From Nemertoderma westbladi (taxonomy: Eukaryota; Animalia; Xenacoelomorpha), in the NCBI GenBank assembly GCA_032718475.1, contig JAUCBJ010000386.1, positions 1 to 54,828 on the forward strand: a stretch of 54,828 bases of DNA, in the 5' to 3' direction. Of the stretch, positions 39,601-50,900 are shown in pieces. Below the pieces are notes generated by a model that saw nothing but the letters and a program-made list of their open reading frames with translations, was not told the DNA's origin and searched no databases. The position numbers and the translations under genes were made by a program. Within the stretch, counting starts at the first letter, position 1. Each line of letters starts with the position of its first letter.

Positions 39601-42600
39601 ACCTTCAGTAAACAAATAACTCACATCGCTGAAACCTTCAGTAAACAAATAACTCACATCGCTGAAACCTTCAGTAAACAAATAACTCACATCGTTGAAA
39701 CCTTCAGTAAACAAATAACTCATATCGCTGAAACGCCCAGTAAACAAATAACTCACATCGCTGAAACGCCCAGTAAACAAATAACTCACATCGCTGAAAC
39801 CTTCAGTAAACAAATAACTCACATCGCTGAAACGCCCAGTAAATAAATAACTCACATCGCTGAAACGCCGAGTAAACAAATAACTCACATCGCTGAAACG
39901 CCCATTAAACAAATAACTCACATCGTTGAAACCTTCAGTAAACAAATAACTCACATCGCTGAAACGCCAAGTAAACAAATAACTCACATCGCTGAAACCT
40001 TCAGTAAACAAATAACTCACATCGCTGAAACCTTCAGTAAACAAATAACTCACATCGCTGAAACGCCCAGTAAACAAATAACTCACATCGCTGAAACCTT
40101 CAGTAAACAAATAACTCACATCGCTGAAACGCCCAGTAAACAAATAACTCACATCGCTGAAACCTTCAGTAAACAAATAACTCACATCGCTGAAACCTGC
40201 AGTAAACAAATAACTCATATCGCTGAAACCTTCAGTAAACAAATAACTCACATCGCTGAAACTTTCAGTAAACAAATAACTCACATCGCTGAAACGCCCA
40301 GTAAATAAATAACTCACATCGCTGAAACGCCGAGTAAACAAATAACTCACATCGCTGAAACGCCCAGTAAACAAATAACTCACATCGCTGAAACCTTCAG
40401 TAAACAAATAACTCACATCGCTGAAACCTTCAGTAAACAAATAACTCACATCGCTGAAACGCCCAGTAAACAAATAACTCACATCGCTGAAACCTTCAGT
40501 AAACAAATAACTCACATCGCTGAAACCTTCAGTAAACAAATAACTCACATCGTTGAAACGCCCAGTAAACAAATAACTCACATCGCTGAAACGCCCAGTA
40601 AACAAATAACTCACATCGCTGAAACCTTCAGTAAACAAATAACTCACATCGCTGAAACCTTCAGTAAACAAATAACTCACATCGCTGAAACCTTCAGTAA
40701 ACAAATAACTCACATCGTTGAAACCTTCAGTAAACAAATAACTCATATCGCTGAAACGCCCAGTAAACAAATAACTCACATCGCTGAAACGCCCAGTAAA
40801 CAAATAACTCACATCGCTGAAACCTTCAGTAAACAAATAACTCACATCGCTGAAACGCCCAGTAAATAAATAACTCACATCGCTGAAACGCCGAGTAAAC
40901 AAATAACTCACATCGCTGAAACGCCCATTAAACAAATAACTCACATCGTTGAAACCTTCAGTAAACAAATAACTCACATCGCTGAAACGCCAAGTAAACA
41001 AATAACTCACATCGCTGAAACCTTCAGTAAACAAATAACTCACATCGCTGAAACCTTCAGTAAACAAATAACTCACATCGCTGAAACGCCCAGTAAACAA
41101 ATAACTCACATCGCTGAAACCTTCAGTAAACAAATAACTCACATCGCTGAAACGCCCAGTAAACAAATAACTCACATCGCTGAAACCTTCAGTAAACAAA
41201 TAACTCACATCGCTGAAACCTGCAGTAAACAAATAACTCATATCGCTGAAACCTTCAGTAAACAAATAACTCACATCGCTGAAACTTTCAGTAAACAAAT
41301 AACTCACATCGCTGAAACGCCCAGTAAATAAATAACTCACATCGCTGAAACGCCGAGTAAACAAATAACTCACATCGCTGAAACGCCCAGTAAACAAATA
41401 ACTCACATCGCTGAAACCTTCAGTAAACAAATAACTCACATCGCTGAAACGCCAAGTAAACAAATAACTCACATCGCTGAAACCTTCAGTAAACAAATAA
41501 CTCACATCGCTGAAACCTTCAGTAAACAAATAACTCACATCGCTGAAACTTTCAGTAAACAAATAACTCACATCGCTGAAACGCCCAGTAAACAAATAAC
41601 TCACATCGCTGAAACCTTCAGTAAACAAATAACTCACATCGCTGAAACGCCCAGTAAACAAATAACTCACATCGCTGAAACCTTCAGTAAACAAATAACT
41701 CACATCGCTGAAACCTGCAGTAAACAAATAACTCATATCGCTGAAACCTTCAGTAAACAAATAACTCACATCGCTGAAACCTTCAGTAAACAAATAACTC
41801 ACATCGCTGAAACGCCCAGTAAACAAATAACTCACATCGCTGAAACCTTCAGTAAACAAATAACTCACATCGCTGAAACGCCCAGTAAACAAATAACTCA
41901 CATCGCTGAAACCTTCAGTAAACAAATAACTCACATCGCTGAAACGCCCAGTAAACAAATAACTCACATCGCTGAAACCTTCAGTAAACAAATAACTCAC
42001 ATCGCTGAAACGCCCAGTAAACAAATAACTCACATCGCTGAAACCTTCAGTAAACAAATAACTCACATCGCTGAAACCTTCAGTAAACAAATAACTCACA
42101 TCGCTGAAACCTTCAGTAAACAAATAACTCATATCGCTGAAACCTTCAGTAAACAAATAACTCACATCGCTGAAACGCCCAGTAAACAAATAACTCATAT
42201 CGCTGAAACGCCCAGTAAACAAATAACTCATATCGCTGAAACGCCCAGTAAACAAATAACTCACATCGCTGAAACCTTCAGTAAACAAATAACTCACATC
42301 GCTGAAACGCCCAGTAAACAAATAACTCACATCGCTGAAACGCCCAGTAAACAAATAACTAACATCGCTGAAACCTTCAGCAAACAAATAACTCACATCG
42401 TTGAAACCTTCAGTAAACAAATAACTCATATCGCTGAAACCTTCAGTAAACAAATAACTCACATCGCTGAAACGCCCAGTAAACAAATAATTCACATCGC
42501 TGAAACGCCCAGTAAACAAATAACTCACATCGCTGAAACCTTCAGTAAACAAATAACTCACATCGCTGAAACGCCCAGTAAACAAATAACTCACATCGCT

Positions 42601-43981
42601 GAAACGCCCAGTAAACAAATAACTCACATCGCTGAAACGCCCAGTAAACAAATAACTAACATCGTTGAAACCTTCAGTAAACAAATAACTCATATCGCTG
42701 AAACCTTCAGTAAACAAATAACTCACATCGCTGAAACGCCCAGTAAACAAATAACTCACATCGCTGAAACGCCCAGTAAACAAATAACTCACATCGCTGA
42801 AACCTTCAGTAAACAAATAACTCACATCGCTGAAACGCCCTGTAAACAAATAACTCATATCGATGAAACGCTCAGTAAACAAATAACTCACATCGCTGAA
42901 ACCTTCAGTAAACAAATAACTCACATCGCTGAAACGCCCAGTAAACAAATAACTCACATCGCTGAAACCTTCAGTAAACAAATAACTCACATCGCTGAAA
43001 CGCCCAGTAAACAAATAACTCACATCGCTGAAACGCCCAGTAAACAAATAACTAACATCGCTGAAACCTTCAGTAAACAAATAACTCACATCGTTGAAAC
43101 CTTCAGTAAACAAATAACTCATATCGCTGAAACCTTCAGTAAACAAATAACTCACATCGCTGAAACGCCCAGTAAACAAATAACTCACATCGCTGAAACG
43201 CCCAGTAAACAAATAACTCACATCGCTGAAACGCCCAGTAAACAAATAACTCACATCTCTGAAACCTTCAGTAAACAAATAACTCACATCGCTGAAACGC
43301 CCAGTAAACAAATAACTCATATCGCTGAAACGCCCAGTAAACAAATAACTAACATCGCTGAAACGCCCAGTAAACAAATAACTCATATCGCTGAAACGCC
43401 CAGTAAACAAATAACTAACATCGCTGAAACGCCCAGTAAACAAATAACTCCATCGCTGAAACCTTCAGTAAACAAATAACTCATATCGCTGAAACGCCCA
43501 GTAAACAAATAACTAACATCGCTGAAACGCCCAGTAAACAAATAACTCCATCGCTGAAACCTTCAGTAAACAAATAACTCATATCGCTGAAACGCCCAGT
43601 AAACAAATAACTCCATCGCTGAAACCTTCAGTAAACAAATAACTAACATCGCTGAAACGCCCAGTAAACAAATAACTCACATCGCTGAAACCTTCAGTAA
43701 ACAAATAACTAACATCGCTGAAACCTTCAGTAAACAAATAACTCACATCGTTGAAACCTTCAGTAAACAAATAACTCACATCGCTGAAACGCCCAGTAAA
43801 CAAATAACTAACATCGCTGAAACCTTCAGTAAACAAATAACTCACATCGTTGAAACCTTCAGTAAACAAATAACTCATATCGCTGAAACCTTCAGTAAAC
43901 AAATAACTCACATCGCTGAAACGCCCAGTAAACAAATAACTCACATCGCTGAAACGCCCAGTAAACAAATAACTCACATCG
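21697..43981. repeat. 33-bp tandem array A (~675 units, 22.3 kb) with higher-order structure
   Basis: Unit ataactcacatcgctgaaac(gccc/cttc)agtaaacaa; minus strand reads GTGAGTTATTTGTTTACTGGGCGTTTCAGCGAT. Confidence 0.99.
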
Positions 43982-44053
43982 TTATGAATTAAATCATCGT
44001 CTATCCATAGATGCGTAACAGTGTCCAGATCAATATTTTGGTTCAATTGTGCC
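43978..44053 (-). CDS. Host gene exon D (phase 2-0): AQLNQNIDLDTVTHLWIDDDLIHND
   Basis: Acceptor tttacAG (44055-44054); donor GAT|GTGAGT (43977), which is also the first unit of the 22-kb 33-bp array; 76 nt = 1 + 25 codons. Confidence 0.85.
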
Positions 44054-44584
44054 CTGTAAACGTAAATAATCTGATTTTAAACAATAGTACAAGTGGTGAT
44101 GTGGTACTTGCCGGCGATGTCTAACTACATGTACAAAGTAATGTTATTGGTGAATGTGATAGACAATACACCAGAGGCTACTCTCTCTTGGCTGTTTCCT
44201 GAGTGTGGAGGATGGTACCACTTCAATTATTTTTAAAAAAATACTCCGTAACAATGCAAATATTATTTTCACCCCCATTATAATCCAGTTTCAAATTATA
44301 TCGCTGGGATGTAGAAAACTTATAAGTGTTGTTACTCAACACAACAGAGCGAAATTTATGCCATCAGAATTGAACCTACGCCACCAAACACTTCTTTAAT
44401 GAGGTAAGGAATTCTAACCACAGGTATCCTTGGCAATGTAACTTGTTCCTTTCCCCTAATTGATAATAAACTTTGCTCATTTACTATGGACTTTCAATCA
44501 CGTTTAACCCCTATCAGCTCTCACTATCAGACAGTGCGTACTCACTGATGTGTATTTAGTGTTACGGTAGGCTTCTACACTTAC

Positions 44585-44736
44585 CCATCCAGCGGTCCTC
44601 TGAGGCTCTCATACTTTGCAATAGAGTCGTGTATTGTAGGAAAGTTAGACCCGATATGGGGGAAGGATATCTTACAAACCTTTACAACGGGGCCGGCTTC
44701 CGGTGTAAATCCTGTATTCTCGTTCATCTTTTGTAA
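44585..44736 (-). CDS. Host gene exon C (phase 0-2): LQKMNENTGFTPEAGPVVKVCKISFPHIGSNFPTIHDSIAKYESLRGPLDG
   Basis: Acceptor tttatcgcAG; donor GG|GTAAGT (44584); 152 nt = 50 codons + 2, completed by the single leading G of exon D. Confidence 0.85.
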
Positions 44737-44983
44737 CTGCGATAAATAAATTATTTATTTAATACAATTATATAGACCTATCAGCTACCATTTAAGAATT
44801 CCCAATTCCGAACTACAAAAACAAGTTTCTAATAATTTTGATACCAAATAATTTATGAACATTAAACAACTCTGATAAAATCAATTACTATTACGTACTT
44901 TACCTGTACGTTTCGTGAATAAGTTGCTTCAAGACACTTAACTTTAGCTAATCATATTTATTTTTAATTCAACTATTTATAAC

Positions 44984-45145
44984 CTGGAATTTTATAAGAA
45001 AAGGCGTAAAGAGAAGATTCTGGAAGTCCCTGATAATATCCCTTCGAACGACTATATTTAGATGGACGGCGGCTTGTGCGTAGTTAGGGATCGTTGTGTA
45101 AAGTACTATTGCAGATGTCATCGTCGCTAAAGGGATCTCGAAGCC
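44984..45145 (-). CDS. Host gene exon B (54 codons, phase 0-0): GFEIPLATMTSAIVLY...PFLIKFQ
   Basis: Acceptor ctactctAG (45147-45146); donor CAG|GTTATA (44983); 162 nt without stops by hand translation; phases fit exons A and C. Confidence 0.75.
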
Positions 45146-45217
45146 CTAGAGTAGTGCAAAAAATTTCCATTCATTATATTAATAAATTAATTCATATTTA
45201 ATCTCCAACCACACCCT

Positions 45218-45383
45218 ATACAACAGTGTAGATGATCTAATTTCTGGTACACTTCTACATTCTTGGAGGCACCATGATATTATTAGTCCAGTAATCAACT
45301 GCCTGGATTACTTACCGTCAGTGCCGGTAGAGACTGTGGTACCGGTTGCGCATATAGCGGAGTAATTAAATCGATCCCGACAT
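45218..45383 (+). repeat. 166-bp direct repeat, left copy (LINE target-site duplication; includes 68 nt of exon A and its donor)
   Basis: Matches 47347-47512 with ~5 substitutions by hand count. Confidence 0.92.
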
Positions 45384-47346
45384 AGTGCCGAAATGACCTC
45401 TATAAGGCGCAGAAAGAGTCGCGACTCAAACAGAATACAGCGGCCAAGAATGCAGTTAAGGCTGCATCTAGGTCCCTGAACAGGCAGTGCTCTGTTAATC
45501 TACAGGAGCTAATAAACCAACAGGTTGATGCCATCAATGATGCTGACGACAGCAGGCAAACATCCCAGGCATGGAAATCGATCAATTTGCTTATTGGGCG
45601 GAAAAACCAACCAACCACCAAGGTTAAGGCTGAATCACCAGCCAATCGCCTCAATGGTTGGAAGGCCCACTTTGAAAAGCTCCTCAATAATGACAGGGTA
45701 TTGCTGATAACTTTATAGAAATAAAAGTGTCTGAGTCTGTACTCCCAGATATTCCCATTGGCGATATCTCCTTTGCAGAAGTGAAGGCTGCTGCAAAGAG
45801 CATTAAGACCAATCGTGCCCGTGGAGTAGTGATGGTGTTCCCCCTAAGGACTTTAAAATACTTGAGTGTTTAAAGCTCATCTATGCCATCATAGTAGAAT
45901 AGTAGTATGCCATCATGTACAGAACAACAAGAGTCCCACAAGAGATGAAAACAAATAAGTTGGTGCCAGTTCCCAAGAAGGGCAACCTAACACTCTATGG
46001 TTCTTTTCGGGGAATCTCATTGATCTCGATTGCTGCAAAGCTATACAATAGAATTCGATTAAATCGCATCAGGGATCCCATTGAGAGACCGATCCGTGGA
46101 AATCAGAATGGGTTCCGTAAAGGTCGTGGGACCATGGAGCCCATTTTGGCACTTAGAAGGATAATTGAAAAGTTATAAAAAAGAAAGAAAGGCATCTGGC
46201 TGTTATCTTTGTTGACTTCTTCAAGGCCTTTGATTCAGTCTCTCGCTCACGTATGTTCAGCATACTTTCATTATATGGGATTCCTGATGAAATTATTGCA
46301 GCCATCAGATCAGTATATGATGGTTCGACAACATTTGTGTCTACTGTTGACGGTGACACAGAACCATTTGAAGTGTTATGGGGCGTCCTCCAGGGAGACA
46401 CACTTGCACCATTCTTGTTCATACTTGTGGTTGACTATGTTCTACGCATGTCCTTAGATCATCTCAATGATGATGGGGTGATGGTATCTCTACCTAGTGT
46501 CTGCAGAAGTCGAGGAAATCCTGCCAAGTACATAACTGATCTAGACTTTACTGATGACTTAGGAGTAATCTCAGAATCACTAGAGGGAGTACAACCGCTC
46601 CTCAGCCCATTAGAACAGTCTGGTTCTAGTGTTGGTCTTTCTATTAACTCCAAGAAAACCAAAATTTTAATAGTTAACTTTGAAAGTCCTCAGCAAGTCT
46701 CTGACCAGATGAGCATAAGCTCAAAGGTTGGTATGCTTGGGCATGTTACCTGGGATCATGGATCCGGAGGTCAGGTGAGGACCTTCGAATACGTAAGGGA
46801 AAGGCATGAGCAGTCTTGAATAGGCTTTCAAGGATTTGGATGTCACATGGAATTAATCGGAAACTTAGGTCCGATTATTTAGAGCAGCAGTAGATCCAGT
46901 ACTCCTCTATGGGAGTTCATTCTGGGCTCTAACAGCTGAGGAAATCAAATCTCTGGATGGCACATTCACACGAATGCTACGCCGGGTTCACAGTACAATG
47001 CACACATCTCCAACCGGACACAATATAACATTGGAGGTGTCTCATTGGATCCCCCAAGCTTGACACTAGAACAAAGCCGCCTCCGCTTTGCAGGACATTG
47101 CTTTCGCCGTGAGGACCAACCACTGCATAATCTTGTGCTTTGGCAGCGTCATGGAGTGAATAAGCATGGTGGACAGCCCATGACTTTCTTGAGACGCATC
47201 TTAAAGGATACTGGCCTGGGAGATGCGGATGATCTAGCAAATGTCATGGGTGATAGGGAGTTGTGGCGGCGCAATTTTGTCGACAAGCCGGCACAGCATT
47301 CTTAAAAATGCAGCAGCAATGCAGCATGCCGATCCTAGTATTAGTA
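45384..47346 (+). mobile_element. 5'-truncated, decayed non-LTR retrotransposon (RTE-like LINE), antisense to the host gene
   Basis: RT motifs LVPVPKKG..FRGISL, QNGFRKGR, FVDFFKAFDS, GVLQGDTLAPFLF, LDFTDD, C-terminal RLRFAGHCFR, broken by stops and frameshifts; short TAGTATTAGTA tail; long flanking direct repeat. Confidence 0.92.
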
Positions 47347-47512
47347 ATACAACAGTGTAGATAACCTAATTTCTGGTACACTTCTACATTCTTGGAGGCA
47401 CCATGATATTATTAGTCCAGTAATCAACTGCCTGGATTACTTACCGTCAGTGCCGGTAGAGATTGGGGTACCGGTTGCGCATATAGCGGAGTAATTAACT
47501 CGATCCCGACAT
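47347..47512 (+). repeat. 166-bp direct repeat, right copy (contiguous with intact exon A)
   Basis: ATACAACAGTG...GATCCCGACAT, same length as the left copy. Confidence 0.92.
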
Positions 47513-47696
47513 CATCGATGTCTACCCACTCCCCCTCCGGCGTTTCGACATTGCGATACTGAAACTTTGTGTTGAACCCGTTTGATGGAAACTCTACTTC
47601 AGCCGTCTGAGGGTTGCGGAGTTGTGCCAACGCTTCAATAGTAAACTGATCGTCAGCTGGAGTATAATCATCTGGTAACAGGGAATTTAGTCTATT
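47445..47696 (-). CDS. Host gene exon A (84 codons, phase 0-0): NRLNSLLPDDYTPADDQFTIEALAQLRNP...QSLPALT
   Basis: Acceptor ttgaccctAG (47698-47697); donor ACG|GTAAGT (47444); open frame matches track ORF 47424..47630; joins exon B in phase 0. A nearby alternative AG makes the 5' edge slightly uncertain. Confidence 0.8.
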
Positions 47697-47982
47697 CTAG
47701 GGTCAAATTAAAATCCATGTTGAAAGATTGCAAAATGGGAATTCTTTAATTTACATTCATTAGGATACCAAGCGTAACCACATACGAGCGTAACCAATAT
47801 GATAACACATTCAGACATTACAATATTCAGTAAAATACAAAATAGTCATCATATCGCATTTGTTATTATTTTTATCTAAGTATAACTTATTTATTATAAT
47901 CAGAAGAACATCCATGTAACACCACTCCGCACTTAATTCTTAAATACATGTTATAATGATCATTTTCCACTTATTATCACAG

Positions 47983-50900
47983 CTACTGATAGTATGATAC
48001 CGGGTTCCTACCGTGGTCACTACTGAATGATACTGGGTTCCTACCGTGGTCACTACTGAATGATACTGGGTTCCTACACTGAATGAAACTGGGTTCCTAC
48101 CGTGGTCATTACTGAATGATACCGGGTTCCTACCGTGGTCACTACTGAATGATACTGGGTTCCTACCGTGTTCACAACTGTACTGAATGATACTGGGTTC
48201 CTACCGTGGTCACTACTGAATGATACTGGGTTCCTACTGTGTTCACTACTGAATGATACCGGGTTCCTACCGTGTTCACTACTGAATGATACTGGGTTCC
48301 TACCGTGGTCACTACTGTACTGAATGATACTGGGTTCCTACCGTGGTCACTACTGAATGATACTGGGTTCCTACCGTGGTCACTACTGAATGATACTGGG
48401 TTCCTACCGTGGTCACTACTGAATGATACTGGGTTTCTACCGTGTTCACTACTGAATGATACTGGGTTCCTACCGTGTTCACTACTGAATGATACTGGGT
48501 TCCTACCGTGGTCACTACTGAATGATACCGGGTTTCTACCGTGTTCACTACTGAATGATACTGGGTTCCTACCGTGTTCACTACTGAATGATACTGGGTT
48601 CCTACCGTGGTCACTACTGAATGATACCGGGTTTCTACCGTGTTCACTACTGAATGATACTGGGTTCCTACCGTGGTCACTACTGAATGATACTGGGTTT
48701 CTACCGTGTTCACTACTGAATGATACTGGGTTCCTACCGTGTTCACTACTGAATGATACCGGGTTTCTACCGTGTTCACTACTGAATGATACTGGGTTCC
48801 TACCGTGGTCACTACTGAATGATACTGGGTTTCTACCGTGTTCACTACTGAATGATACTGGGTTCCTACCGTGTTCACTACTGAATGATACTGGGTTCCT
48901 ACCGTGGTCACTACTGAATGATACTGGGTTTCTACCGTGGTCACTACTGAATGATACTGGGTTCCTACCGTGTTCACTACTGAATGATACTGGGTTCCTA
49001 CCGTGGTCACTACTGTACTGAATGATACTGGGTTTCTACCGTGTTCACTACTGAATGATACTGGGTTCCTACCGTGGTCACTACTGTACTGAATGATACT
49101 GGGTTCCTACCGTGTTCACTACTGAATGATACTGGGTTCCTACCGTGGTCACTACTGTACTGAATGATACTGGGTTTCTACCGTGTTCACTACTGAATGA
49201 TACTGGGTTCCTACCGTGGTTACTACTGAATGATACTGGGTTTCTACCGTGTTCACTACTGAATGATACTGGGTTCCTACCGTGTTCACTACTGAATGAT
49301 ACTGGGTTCCTACCGTGGTCACTACTGAATGATACCGGGTTTCTACCGTGTTCACTACTGAATGATACTGGGTTCCTACCGTGTTCACTACTGAATGATA
49401 CTGGGTTCCTACCGTGGTCACTACTGAATGATACCGGGTTTCTACCGTGTTCACTACTGAATGATACTGGGTTCCTACCGTGTTCACTACTGAATGATAC
49501 TGGGTTCCTACCGTGGTCACTACTGAATGATACTGGGTTCCTACCGTGGTCACTACTGAATGATACCGGGTTTCTACCGTGTTCACTACTGAATGATACT
49601 GGGTTCCTACCGTGGTCACTACTGAATGATACCGGGTTCCTACCGTGTTCACTACTGAATGATACCGGGTTCCTACCGTGTTCACTACTGAATGATACTG
49701 GGTTCCTACCGTGTTCACTACTGAATGATACTGGGTTCCTACCGTGGTCACTACTGAATGATACTGGGTTCCTACCGTGGTCACTACTGAATGATACCGG
49801 GTTTCTACCGTGTTCACTACTGAATGATACTGGGTTCCTACCGTGTTCACTACTGAATGATACTGGGTTCCTACCGTGGTCACTACTGAATGATACTGGG
49901 TTCCTACCGTGGTCACTACTGAATGATACTGGGTTCCTACCGTGTTCACTGCTGTACTGAATGATACTGGGTTCCTACCGTGGTCACTACTGAATGATAC
50001 TGGGTTCCTACCGTGGTCACTACTGAATGATACCGGGTTTCTACCGTGTTCACTACTGAATGATACTGGGTTCCTACCGTGTTCACTACTGAATGATACT
50101 GGGTTCCTACCGTGGTCACTACTGAATGATACTGGGTTCCTACCGTGGTCACTACTGAATGATACTGGGTTCCTACCGTGTTCACTACTGTACTGAATGA
50201 TACTGGGTTCCTACCGTGGTCACTACTGAATGATACTGGGTTCCTACCGTGGTCACTACTGAATGATACCGGGTTTCTACCGTGTTCACTACTGAATGAT
50301 ACTGGGTTCCTACCGTGGTCACTACTGAATGATACTGGGTTCCTACCGTGGTCACTACTGAATCATACTGGGTTCCTACCGTGGTCACTACTGAATGATA
50401 CTGGGTTCCTACCGTGTTCACTACTGAATGATACTGGGTTCCTACCGTGGTCACTACTGAATGATACTGGGTTCCTACCGTGTTCACTACTGAATGATAC
50501 TGGGTTCCTACCGTGGTCACTAGTGAATGATACTGGGTTCCTACCGTGTTCACTACTGAATGATACTGGGTTCCTACCGTGGTCACTACTGAATGATACT
50601 GGGTTTCTACCGTGTTCACTACTGAATGATACTGGGTTCCTACCGTGTTCACTACTGAATGATACTGGGTTCCTACCGTGGTCACTACTGAATGATACCG
50701 GGTTTCTACCGTGTTCACTACTGAATGATACTGGGTTCCTACCGTGTTCACTACTGAATGATACTGGGTTCCTACCGTGGTCACTACTGAATGATACCGG
50801 GTTTCTACCGTGTCCACTACTGAATGATACTGGGTTCCTACCGTGTTCACTACTGAATGATACCGGGTTCCTACCGTGGTCACTACTGAATGATAGTGGG

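Noticed and set aside
21517-43443. 7299-aa and 4426-aa ORFs as giant protein genes
   Set aside because: Both are translations of a stop-free 33-bp unit on opposite strands, inside a GT-AG intron whose flanking exons join in phase.
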